Shown: positions 11,877 through 23,711, numbered from the whole stretch's first letter. The stretch: DNA of 62,761 nucleotides, filler included, from Pirum gemmata (GCA_002812295.1; 16 parts of 16 records of this genome joined end to end with filler, not necessarily neighbours in it), one strand, 5' to 3'. Translations and numbers: made by a program. Notes: generated by a model not told the origin, from the letters alone.

Positions 11877-13875
11877 ATACAACATCAACATTATTTATTG
11901 GTTTTTTATTGATGTTTGATGATTTATGATTGATTATTAAAATGATTGATGTTATTGGCCATTGATAATTGATAATTAGTGATTGGTGATGTTTGTTGAT
12001 GGATTGTAACAACAACAATATATAATATAAAAGTAGTCATAAAGCACATAAAAATAATAGTAATAATCCTTACTCTACATATTATCATAATATAGTGTAA
12101 TATACTATACATAATATTATATATATCATTGTAGCTTTTTATTGGCCATAATAGTATCAAATTTCAAATTCATTTTTTTTTAAAAAAAAAAAACCACAAA
12201 AACTTTTTTTTTTTTTTTTTTTTTTACATATAAACCAGAATATAGACGACAACTTCAACAATATCCACAACAACGACTACAACGCTATAATTCTCGGAAC
12301 AAAGTTTTAAAAAAACCAAATATTTCTACAGCAAAAGAACTGACAATCAAATAATTAACTTATACCAAAGTATTATGAAACAAATGAAAAGTACAACAAG
12401 TCCCAACCAACTGACAATCAAATCATTAACTTATACCAAAGTATTATGAAACAAATGAACAAATTACAGCTTTAATTTTTAACTATGTAACTGTAACCTA
12501 CTGCTCCTCCTTTTGTATAAAGGAAAGTAAGGAGAACAGGAACCCCCCCCCCCCCTTTTTTTTTTTNGAAAAAGAGCAAAGAGAAAAAGAACAAAGAGAA
12601 AAAGAACAAAGAGAAAAAAAAAGATTAAAAAAAACTAACAGCCCAAGACTTAGACCAATCATATCTAACCATAAGTGTAATTGTGGTTTGTTATTTTATT
12701 TCAACGAATCATGTTTATAGAAGAAAATATAGGAAGAAAATACAGCTAAACAGTTGCTCTAGAGAGAAGCCTTTTGGGTTCTGAGTCTTCTGACAGATCT
12801 AAACAAAATAAAACATAACAAAACTAAACTAAACTAAACTAAACAAAACAAAACAAAACAAAACAAAACAAAACAAAACAAAACAAAACAAAACAAAGCA
12901 AAACAAAACAAAACAAAACCCTAATCCTAATCCTAATCCTAATCCTAATCCTAATCCTAATCCTAATCCTATAATGGTATTAAATAATGCTCCAATTTTT
13001 ACAATTCTTTTGCTCCCTTCAGGCTTCAGCTAAAATCTAGAGTAACCAGTTAGGTGGCTGCTGGTGGCCGTAAACATTTTCTAAAAATGGCTACATTTTC
13101 TACGATTCGAGAGTCACAAAACACCTTTTACGAAAGTCCGACAAATTAGTTACCATTTTTACAATATCATAATGTAGTATAATATAACGCTAACTACGTG
13201 TATAGCACATAGTCTAATAGTAAAAATGGTAATAGTAATTAGTAATAGTATTAATGATATTATATTATACAGACCCTTTATGTGATATATTTAAGTTTAA
13301 TTATATAAGTACTATCATATATATAATATATTTATATACAAATAATATTATATTATATATGTATGTAATATATAAATTATATTATATATATAAACAATAC
13401 ATTAATTGCTATTGTAAAGAAGTCGTTACTTTTAATATTAAAATATTATTATATAAAACGTTATAATACTATTCCCTTTAATTAATAATATTACTATTAT
13501 AAATACTATGTTACTATTTATAGCTATATATATATAGTACCATGAAACTGATATCGATATCGATTATTATCATATTGTATATTATGAATAATACCATAGG
13601 AAAAAGTAGCAAATAGACAATAAGACTAATTAACCAACTTTACTAAACTGTCTATTATTAGTATCATTGCAATTATATAATATATAATACATTATAAATT
13701 ATATAATATTATGATTAAATTAAGTTCAAAAAACCATTTGAAACCAACAACACCTGTCAATTTTTTTTCTCTTTCTTCCTTCAAATACTTGTTATAAATA
13801 TTATGATTAAGTTCAAAAAACCATTTGAAACCAATAACACATCTCAATTTTTTTCTCTTTCTTCCTTCAAATACT

Positions 13876-14152
13876 TGTCATCCCGGGGATTGTTTTTTGT
13901 ACTTAAGTGATTCTAAACAAGAAGGTCAAGTTTCCCCTTCCAAGTGGTTTAAAATATTTGAATATCCTGGTTGCGGGGCTCCTGATGGAAGAGGTCCGCC
14001 TAATAAGCAATACATTTCAAAGACTTTTACTGTACCTGAAGGAGTTCCAGAGTGTAAGGATTGTGTCTTAAGATGGGAATGGTATAGCGTAAAATCTATT
14101 CAAATTGAAGCTTCTATTCAATACTATGTTAATTGTGCAGATGTAACAGTCG
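13876..14152 (+). CDS. Fragment of a lytic polysaccharide monooxygenase (LPMO)-like domain (C-terminal half); partial at both ends, possibly a pseudogene
   Basis: HPGDCFLYLS...WFKI...TVPEGVPECKDCVLRWEW...QYYVNCADV matches LPMO hallmarks: second His (HxG), WFKI, LRxE and the Q-x-Y axial tyrosine motif. No signal peptide or His1 exon was found upstream, and the frame runs into the scaffold end. Confidence 0.7.
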
Positions 14153-14347
14153 NNNNNNNNNNNNNNNNNNNNNNNNNNNNNNNNNNNNNNNNNNNNTTAA
14201 TTAATTAANNNNNNNNNNNNNNNNNNNNNNNNNNNNNNNNNNNNNNNNNNNNTATTATTATTATTATTATATTATTAGTATACTTAAAAAACACAATCTA
14301 AATTATTTCTAAATATCATTTTATATTACAATGATCATAATATATAG

Positions 14348-16022
14348 GTTCAAGAATGCTTCAGCACACTAACCAATGTTTGGGCTCGTTTAGATGAAAA
14401 TAATGATGTAATAACAAGCAATACACTAAAACTTTGTCATGGTACAGCCAGCGCTAACGAAGAAGATGGGTACCAATTAATGTGGATAGAGAATAATAAA
14501 CTAGGCCATTTAAAAGGATCTCATAATCAACCTCAAAACCCTAAACGACAAGACATATGGCCTGTTGGTTCTACTTGTGATTGTATAGAGCCACAAGAAA
14601 ATAAAGAAAATAGAATTTGTAAAAGTTACACTATGTTTTTTAATGAAACAAATGATGAAGGTTATATTAGAGGTAATACGTATGCAAGTTATAATAAGGA
14701 TGGTTTGAACATACCGGTTCAAGCGTATAGGGGTGCTGAGGATCCTATTGAATGTGAGGCTATGGTTTTTGATAGTTTTCTTCCAGTCGGTTGTATTAAT
14801 CAAAATGGCGAAAGACTTGAAGAAATAATTAAAAACAATCCTAGCTTTACCTGTCAAACCAATAGTACTAGTTGTGATAAGGGAGATATTGATTTAATAG
14901 CATTGGATCAGAGGAAAAGTGCGGGTGGTATTTATAATAATAATGATAATAATTGTGGTGAAAAATTCAAAAATTATGGTCCGAATAGTGAAAGAAATAA
15001 TCAATTTCGCTATGGGTTGATTATACCAGAAAGGCGTTTTATTCCAGGTAACAAAGATTTTCAACCTGATGACAATGCAGAGGGTGGTCATTTTGTATTT
15101 GATTTCAGTCAAATTAACCAAGCTAATGGAAATGATAAAGCAGTTTATTTGAAATATTTATCTATAGTTGATATGGATAGTGATGAAAGTTATGGAATTT
15201 ACAATTGTCCCGCAGACGCTAATGCTGAAGCAGATTGTACTTATATAGAACACAAGTTAGATAATACAGGTGATAATAGTTACAATCGCAAGACTTATGG
15301 ATGGCACCAACCTCTTACTGGACAAATGAAAATAAAACTACAAGGTAGTGGTATGATTCAAGGTTTGATTTTTGATGTATGTGAGTATAAGACTCCACCA
15401 CCCACCAACACCCCAACTCCAACAGCATCATCAACAACAACAACCATGATAATAACTACCACTACTACTACTACTGATCAAGCAACCACAACAGTCGATG
15501 AGGGATGGATTTGTGTTAGAAATAACAATTACAAAGGTAACCAATCTAATCAAGGATACACTGACGAATTCTGTCAAAATAGTTATTGTTTCAATCCTCC
15601 TGCTGATCCACTTCAATATCCTGCACCGGGTTGCTATTACAATGGCTTTACTCCCGCGGAAGAAAAACCATATAAACAATGTTTGTGTAACGATAACGAT
15701 CAACCTATTACAAGTGTAATGCCACCATCACCACCACCATCATCATCACCATCACCATCATCATCAACAACATCATCATCAACATCATCATCAACATCAT
15801 CATCACCTACTAGCTCAACAACCATGACGGAAATGACGGAAATGGAAACTTTCACCACTTCTTCTATCCAATCCACTGGGCACGATGAAACGACAGGAAT
15901 GACATCAACAAATGTACAAACAACAACAGCAACTCAAACATCTGATGGACCAAGTTCTACTACTACTAGTACTGCTAATACTATAATAACTACTTCGACA
16001 AATTCAGCTACCACTGCTACTA

Positions 16023-16059
<37 letters not shown>

Positions 16060-16342
16060 TAATCCACAAGAAACAACATCACCACCTGCAACAGTAACAA
16101 GTGGTAATGATGACAATGGAAACTCCTTCCCTACAGGTGCTGCAGTTGGAGGTGCTGTGGGTGTTCTGGTTGCTTTGGCAGCCGCTGGCGCTGTAGCCTA
16201 TAAAGTCCGAGGTGGTGCTGCTGGAAAATCAAACAATCCGATGTTCGATAATGCCAGTACTAATGACGCGTTTACTAACAATGCTTTATTCCAAGACACC
16301 TCAAGTACTATGGACAATCCAATGTATGAAAATTGCGCATAA
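14348..16342 (+). CDS. Terminal exon (5'-partial) of a type I membrane protein: Cys-rich ectodomain, PDDNxxGG domain, Ser/Thr mucin stalk, TM helix, NPxF/NPxY tail
   Basis: An acceptor TATATAG at 14347 adds 44 in-frame codons before Met 14480. S/T-rich stalk; TM GAAVGGAVGVLVALAAAGAVAY followed by K/R; tail NPMF...NALF...NPMY. Confidence 0.88.
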
Positions 16343-16590
16343 GAATAATATATATAATTAATTATTATACTATTTGAAAATTGCACATAAGATTGAAAAT
16401 TACGCATAAGAACAATTAATTATTAATATATATAACTAATTATTATATTTCAAGACACCTCAAGTACTATGGACAATCCAATGTATGAAAATTGCGCATA
16501 AGAATAATTAATATATATAATTAATTATTATCTATTATATTATATGAAAAATGCACATAAGAATGAAAATTGCGCATAAGAATAATTGAT
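16292..16590 (+). repeat. About 159-bp tandem duplication of the last codons and 3' UTR of the membrane-protein gene
   Basis: CAAGACACCTCAAGTACTATGGACAATCCAATGTATGAAAATTGCGCATAAG occurs at 16292 and 16451; GAAAATTGCGCATAAG-like subunits occur six times. Confidence 0.9.
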
Positions 16591-16836
16591 ATATTATAAT
16601 CAATTAGTGTTGTTATAATTATATTATATAATATTGTAACAATAACAACAATAATAACAACCGAATACTTAAAATTAAAAAAAAGCTGAGCTTTATTTTT
16701 TTTTACATTTTAATATTTTAAAAAACAGAAATAAAATAATAATTAATAATATAATTAATTAATTAAAATATACTAATTATATATACTTATATAAAATTAT
16801 TATATATTTTACTATCGTGTTTTTCAATAGTGTTTT

Positions 16837-17047
16837 CCAATTCTGCTCAAATCCGAAAACTCGAATTTCTCCTGTCAAAAAAAAGTCAAAATTCAGCTCC
16901 GTTCGAAAAATATTTTTTTTTCGTATTTTTCGGGTTTAATAATAAATAAATATATTTGAATACTTAATTGTAAACTTGAACATTTCGAACTTATTAATTA
17001 ATATATAGACTCGAAATATCGATTTTTAAACAGAGGAGAATTGGGAG
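16837..17047 (+). mobile_element. MITE family D (TTCGAA/TCGA-rich), nested in B
   Basis: Ends CCAATTCTGCTC...GAGGAGAATTGG; homologous to 24908-25082 and 55143-55321. Confidence 0.8.
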
Positions 17048-17133
17048 AGGCTCAAAAACTGAAATGAACGTACCAAATTATTATTACGGTTAAACTATCA
17101 GACATGGTATGTATAATATTATACTTTTTTCTG

Positions 17134-17297
17134 TTACTATTAATATTAATGTTATTACTTTAATTGGTATCTACTATAATTATATTTACTATTTTAAGCT
17201 ATTTAACTGCCATTATTAGTAAGGAACACGGAACTAAGGTTGGCTCGATAAGCATCAGATTCTGTTCGAAAAAAGTTCCAGTAGATATCTCACCCTA
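17134..17297 (-). mobile_element. MITE family A, partial inverted copy nested in B
   Basis: Reverse complement of the first ~165 bp of the 4906 copy; ends ATCTCACCC-TA at a TA within the host B sequence. Confidence 0.8.
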
Positions 17298-17400
17298 AAC
17301 AAGTTCAATTATACACTTGAACGGTACCAAATTAAGGATTGAGAGGACAACTGCAATGAAATAGACTATAATGTAATATACCCTAATTAATAACTCAACT

Positions 17401-17710
17401 CTAACCCTAGCCCTAACAACCCTAACCCTAACAGTCCCTAACCCTAACCCTAACCCTAACCCTAACCCTAACAGTCCCTAACCCTAACCCTAACCTTAAC
17501 CCTAACAGTCCCTAACCCTAACCCTAACAGTCCCTAACCCTAACAGTCTCTAACCCTAACAGTCCCTAACCCTAACCCTAACCCTAACCCTAACCCTAAC
17601 CCTAACCCTAACCCTAACAGTCCCTAACCCTACCCCTAACCTTAACCCTAACAGTCCCTAACCCTAACCCTAACAGTCCCTAACCCTAACAGTCTCTAAC
17701 CCTAACAGTC
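17401..17710 (+). repeat. Telomere-like array with a recurrent CCCTAACAGT variant
   Basis: CCCTAA units interspersed with about 10 CAGT insertions, running to the scaffold end. Confidence 0.9.
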
Positions 17711-17810
17711 NNNNNNNNNNNNNNNNNNNNNNNNNNNNNNNNNNNNNNNNNNNNTTAATTAATTAANNNNNNNNNNNNNNNNNNNNNNNNNNNNNNNNNN
17801 NNNNNNNNNN

Positions 17811-17847
<37 letters not shown>

Positions 17848-18933
17848 TACTACTATAGCTACTACTATAGCTACTATTACCATACTACTATTAATACTAA
17901 TATTACTACAACAACTACTACTAACTACTACTACTACTACTAGTGGTATTGTTGTTGGTGTTGGTATTAATATTGGTATTATTATTGGTGTAGGTTTAGC
18001 TGTAGGTAGTTGGTGTTATGTTAAAACGTTATTGTCGCTGTTATTGTCGTTTCTACTACTGCTATTGTTGTTTTGTTGGAGACCACACATCAGAAAAATA
18101 AAGGTAATATGATGATGTCATAATCATACATGACTTTCTCCTTTCTTTGGTAAAACACTCCCTTATTACTTTATAATAATTGTTGTGCTTTCGATTTATT
18201 TGCCACTCTTAATATTTATTTGGTTGGTTATAACTTTTAAATTGACTATTTTAAATGAATAATTAAATAGTAAAATATACCTAATTAAATGAAGTGGATT
18301 TATATTATATTATTTTGGCACTCTTTATTATAATTTTTATGATGCAAAAATAATTGAAAATCACTTTAGATCTCTTGCTCTTGAACTAGGCTCTTGAAAT
18401 CTCTTGAACACTCTTGAAACCAAAAAAAGAAAACAGCGTTTCTTATATTTTTTTTGTTTTTGTTTTTTCTTTGTTGTGCTCATTTGTTTGCAAAATAATA
18501 ATAATAATAATAATAATAATAGTAATAATCAATAATCAATGATAATAAGATATGAACAACAATATTTTAAAAAAATAGGAATAAGAATTGACTTATAAAA
18601 TAAACTCTAAAAAATTCCAAATACACACTTAATTATTAATATTATTATTAAATAATAGTTAAAAATCAGTATAAATGGTTTCGGCATTATCCAAAATTTG
18701 CAAAAAACAAAAAACAAAACAAAAAAGCAATACAAACAAACCAAAACCAAAACAAAACCAAAACCAAAACAAAACAAAAAACAAAACGAAAAAAAAAGAA
18801 AAAAAACCAAACCAAACCAAAACAAAACAAAACCAAAAACCAAAAACCAAAAAACTCAAACCAAAAAAACCCAAAACCCAAAAACCCAAAAACTCAAAAA
18901 CTCAAAAACCCAAAAAATTAATTTTAAAAAACA

Positions 18934-20763
18934 ATGTTTTTCTCCAAACAATTAGCTTTAGTTTCCATCAACGCAGCAGCTTTATCATCAATGGTAAATG
19001 GTGCAAGTCTAATAAAAGGTAAATCATGTGGAACACAAGAAGCCATTTCATTAACTTCTGGCGTATACGACGGTTTAACTACCAAAGAAGAATGCCAAGC
19101 GACGGTCATTGAGGGTGTAACTTTGTCCGGTACTATCGTTGTCAAAGAGGATTCAAAATTGACCATCACTGATGCCACTTATTCTGGTAACGTTCACTTC
19201 CATGCTGCTGAAGATGGACAAATAATTATTAAAAGTAATGATGCTGCTGATAAAAGTAAATTGAGCTTTGGCTGCTCTGAACAAGGTAGTATTACTTTTA
19301 ATGGGAATAATGTCTGTGGTGACAGTAGCAGTAGTGGATCTGGATCAAGCTCTACTACTACTACTGGTGGTGCTAGCGCTACTACTACTACTGGATCTGG
19401 TGGATCTGGATCTGGGGGATCTGGTGCAAGTCTAATAAAAGGTAAATCATGTGGAACACAAGAATCCATTTCATTAACTTCTGGCATATACGACGGTTTA
19501 ACTACCAAAGAAGAATGCCAAGCGACGGTCATTGAGGGTGTAACTTTGTCTGGTATTATCGTTGTCAAAGAAGATTCAAAGTTGACCATCACGGATGCGA
19601 CTTATTCTGGTAACGTTCACTTCCATGCTGCTGAAGATGGACAAATAATTATTAAAAGTAATGATGCTGCTGATAAAAGTAAATTGAGCTTTGGCTGCTC
19701 TGAACAAGGTAGTATTATTTTTAATGGGAATAATGTCTGTGGTGACAGTAGCAGTAGTGGATCTGGATCAAGCTCTACTACTACCACTGGTGGTGCTAGC
19801 GCCACTACTACTACGGGATCTGGTGGATCTGGATCTGGGGGATCTGGATCTGGGGGATCTGGATCTGGATCTACTTCCGATCAAGAATTTAGTTGTACAA
19901 CACGAGGGAAAAAATCATTAACTTCCGGCTCTTACAGATTTATGACCATCTCACAACAATGCGACACTGAAATTTCCAGTGGAGTTACCCTTTCCGGTAC
20001 CATCAAGGTCGAAGAAGAAGGATATTTACTTATTAGCAACGCTGACTATTCTGGTAAAGTTGTTTTTGACGTCAGTGAAGAAGGGAAACTTGAAATCGAA
20101 TCCTCCTCCGCAAGTCAACTTGATCAATTAACAATTAATTGTGATTCCCAATCCACTGCATTTTTTAATAAAATTCCAGCATGTGGCCACACTGCTACTA
20201 GTAGCGGATCTGGATCTGGATCTGGATCTGGATCTGGATCTGGATCTGGATCTGGAACTTCCTTTTCTTGTGGCAATCAACAAAGTAAAGCTTTGACCAG
20301 CGGTACATACAGTGGCTTAAAACTTAAAGAAGAATGTAAAGCGACTGTTGCTAGTGGCGTTACCTTGACTGGAAATAATTACCTTTCCGAACAAAGCAAA
20401 CTGACCATCACCAACGCTACTTTCAGTGGTAATGTATTTTTTGAATTATCAAGTCAAGCTAAATTACAGCTTGATGGAGATATTTTCATTGCTGATTCAG
20501 AGAGTAAAGTTGAATTTAATATTGAGTGTAAAGACCAAAGTACTGCCTATTTGGGTAGTAAAAACATTTGTAATAAGCATGCTGTTTACAAAAAGAAATC
20601 CACTAGTAGTGCTAATGCCACTACGGCTACCAATGGAAGTGGTGGATTGCTTGGTTCTTCCGTAGGATTTCAAAATGGTTTAACTTATACTGGTGCGGCA
20701 GCTTTAAATTGCGCTAATGTTGTGGCTGTTTTAATGGTTGTCGGCAGTAATTATTTGTTTTAA
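18934..20763 (+). CDS. 609-aa secreted, probably GPI-anchored surface protein with four ~105-aa Cys-bounded beta-rich modules and Gly/Ser/Thr linkers
   Basis: Signal peptide. Modules SC...LTSGxY...C...GVTLSG...C...C; modules 1 and 2 are a near-identical 423-nt duplication. (GS)n linkers. Hydrophobic C-terminus VVAVLMVVGSNYLF with no cytoplasmic tail. Confidence 0.9.
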   Translation: MFFSKQLALVSINAAALSSMVNGASLIKGKSCGTQEAISLTSGVYDGLTTKEECQATVIEGVTLSGTIVVKEDSKLTITDATYSGNVHFHAAEDGQIIIKSNDAADKSKLSFGCSEQGSITFNGNNVCGDSSSSGSGSSSTTTTGGASATTTTGSGGSGSGGSGASLIKGKSCGTQESISLTSGIYDGLTTKEECQATVIEGVTLSGIIVVKEDSKLTITDATYSGNVHFHAAEDGQIIIKSNDAADKSKLSFGCSEQGSIIFNGNNVCGDSSSSGSGSSSTTTTGGASATTTTGSGGSGSGGSGSGGSGSGSTSDQEFSCTTRGKKSLTSGSYRFMTISQQCDTEISSGVTLSGTIKVEEEGYLLISNADYSGKVVFDVSEEGKLEIESSSASQLDQLTINCDSQSTAFFNKIPACGHTATSSGSGSGSGSGSGSGSGSGTSFSCGNQQSKALTSGTYSGLKLKEECKATVASGVTLTGNNYLSEQSKLTITNATFSGNVFFELSSQAKLQLDGDIFIADSESKVEFNIECKDQSTAYLGSKNICNKHAVYKKKSTSSANATTATNGSGGLLGSSVGFQNGLTYTGAAALNCANVVAVLMVVGSNYLF

Positions 20764-20846
20764 TTTTGATAATTGATAATTGATAATTAATAATAATAAT
20801 AGGTGATAAGGCTGGAAGTCGATTTATTGCTTATTATTGCTTACTA

Positions 20847-20881
<35 letters not shown>

Positions 20882-22372
20882 CATTATTATTTGCTGTTAT
20901 CGTTCGTGTTAAAAAAAGAAAAAAAGAAAAAAGAAAAAAAACAAAATATTGTAAAACAAAACAAAAAACAAAACAAAACAATAATAATAATAAAAACAAA
21001 AAATAAAAATAAACAAATAGTCATATTATAATTAATAATAATAATAATAATAATAATTAATAGTAAACAAAAAAAAAGAACAAAAACAAAAAATAATAAT
21101 CGTAAAATAAAAACAAATAAATAATACTATTAGTAATAGTAATAATGATAATAATAATAATCATAATAGTAATAATAATAGTAATAGTAATAGTAATATT
21201 GATAATAATAATAAATAATAATAATAATGATAATAATAAATGAATAATAATAATAATAAATAANNNNNNNNNNNNNNNNNNNNNNNNNNNNNNNNNNNNN
21301 NNNNNNNTTAATTAATTAANNNNNNNNNNNNNNNNNNNNNNNNNNNNNNNNNNNNNNNNNNNNACAATAACAATAACAATAACAACAACAATAACAATAA
21401 CAATAACAATAACAATAAAAATAACAATAAAAATAACAATAACGTTAACAATAACAATAACAATAACAATAACAATGGCCCTCCCTTAAAAAATTTGGTT
21501 GTACTGCTAGCTAGAGACTAACTATCGATAGCTACTAGCTAGTTGGTTGGACTGGATCAGCTGGACTGGACTGGAGTCACTGGACTGTTGCCTGTTGGAG
21601 ACTTGGAGAATTGCAGAGATTGTTCTGCTCATTCTCATTGGTGCCTCCTATTTGATTTAGTAGGATATTTTACTGATATTTTGTAGTTTTTTTTTTTCAC
21701 AATTTCACAGAATCACAATTCACAGCTAGCTAGCAATTCACAGCAGGCTTGTTTGTTACTGTTGTCAGCACTGCGGCCTCGGGCCTCGGCTGCCTCGCAG
21801 GATGCCAGGATCTCACAGGGGGGTTATTGGAAACCCCCGACTGGTTGTTCAAAACTTCAAATTGCGCTCCAACTTCAGTAGCTGCATTTTATAAATCTCC
21901 TACGATAGCTATGATGTCATAGTATTAGAGTATTTATTATTATATATAGCATTACAGAGAGAGAGTGATACTACTATGACATAGCTAGTAGCTACAGTGT
22001 TCATTTATCTCAATGGAAATGTCAAAGAGTTCAACTTACCATTTTTTTTGAACTCCTTGTAAATATATAATAAAAGTATAATAAAGCACCTCTCAAAATA
22101 GTCTATAGTATTATTATTATTATTTAAAATTTAAAATAAAGCAATTATCTTTTTGTATGTGCTTCTGTTGTATGTGTTCTTTGATTGTTGCCCTTTTTTT
22201 TTCCTTTGTATAAAAAACATATTATAATAATTGATGCATGCATTACATAGAAAAATGAGTGAAAAATGGCCTTTGCCGCAATTCGACTCCAGAGTCTAAT
22301 TACAGAGGTCACGGTAGCCAGACTAGCTAGCTAGCTAGAGTAGTAGGTCTAGCTATCTAGTAGCTATCAGAT

Positions 22373-22420
22373 AGGGTTAGGGTTAGGGTTAGGGTTAGGG
22401 TTAGGGTTAGGGTTAGTTAG
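22373..22420 (+). repeat. Interstitial (TTAGGG)n
   Basis: About 7 perfect units embedded in TAGC/TAC microsatellites. Confidence 0.85.
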
Positions 22421-22501
22421 GCTAGCTACTACTACTAGTAGTTCTAGCTAGCTAGCTCTCTAGCTCTCTAGCTCTAAACCAGTAGGCAAGCTACGACAGC
22501 T

Positions 22502-22589
<88 letters not shown>

Positions 22590-23711
22590 NCGACTCGACG
22601 TCTATTTTCTAAAGAAAAACCAAGGACTTCATATGGTCGAACCCAAAAAACGAGCCTATGCCCCAAAATGAAAATGTGTAAAATTTCAAGCGCAATTTTC
22701 AAAAAAGAAAAGTAACCGAAATATTTTTTTTGGTAAGTTCGAAATCTACAACTCGATTCTAAGCATTCTCTCTAGGTTTTATTATTAAAAAGGGGACTGA
22801 TAGAGTACATAGGAACATTCACCAATGACCTCATCATAAACACCACAGACCCTCCCACCTTATGACCTATCAGATGAACATTGTAAGCTTCAGATTGCAA
22901 TATATTCCATTAAAATGGCAATCTAGAAAAAGGTATTTCAAAAAGTGACGTCATTAATGAATGTTGTCATTTAAAATATATTATGATGGCAAAGGCCTCA
23001 CTCAAACTTCACTCAACCAAATGTTTACAACACTACAAGAATTATTACTGTACAAGAATAGACTGGTAAATTTTAAAACACAAATGTACTATGAAAATTA
23101 CAGCTTATACCAAAGTACATTTATAATAATTATCATGATGAAAGTATCATGACAAAAATAAAAAAAATGCAACTAGGCTACTAGCTAGTCTATACAATAA
23201 TCCTTTATCATAATATCATACAATTAAATATAGTCTAGGGATAATATAACCTACTATCACTCTATTATCCATAGTATGATAGATAATTATTATAACGCGC
23301 TGCTCTTTTTTATTTTTTGCAAGGAACCCCGAAAAAAAAATTAAAAAAATGCCGTTATATTTATAAAAGTGTAGTTACCAAGTTGCGCAACCAGCTGTTT
23401 TTTTTTTTGTTTGTTTGTTTGGTTTTTTGTTTTGGTTTTTTGTTTTGGTTTTTTGTTTTTGTTTTTTTTTGTTTTGTTTTTTGTAGACGGGGGTCTACAG
23501 GATAATATTATATATTATCATGTAGTTCTATGAGACTATGATATCAGGTAGTCTTTAGTTGACAGCTAGCTAACTATTGAAAATATCTATTGTTATAATA
23601 TGAATTAATTAAAATATATTATCATATCACAAACTAATCTATGATACTATAGCTATTATCATAATATATTATACATCATAATGATGTATTATTGACAATA
23701 TATTAATACAC

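Larger units (their letters stand above)
16813..17370 (+). mobile_element. MITE family B copy hosting two nested insertions
   Basis: B 5' end TATCGTGTTTTTCAATAGTG at 16813, B middle at about 17051-17106, B 3' end at about 17297-17370. Confidence 0.8.

Noticed and set aside
13542..13616. Short signal-peptide-like ORF MKLISISIIIILYIMNNTIG as exon 1 of the LPMO
   Set aside because: No His after the putative cleavage site, no strong donor, and low-complexity AT-rich composition.
13876..16342. A single gene joining the LPMO-like exon to the mucin-stalk/TM/NPxY protein
   Set aside because: Same strand and tempting, but the two parts are separated by an artificial linker between apparently unrelated scaffolds.
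17401..17710. True chromosome end
   Set aside because: The C-rich strand runs toward the right scaffold end, the opposite of a real telomere, and similar arrays are interstitial throughout.
18607..18955. Overlapping K/Q/N-rich and F-rich ORFs (also 46159-46459, 4021-4239, 26706-26888, 457-768)
   Set aside because: Arise from (CAAAA)n, (TTTTG/C)n or telomere-like repeats lacking stops; no protein-like composition.
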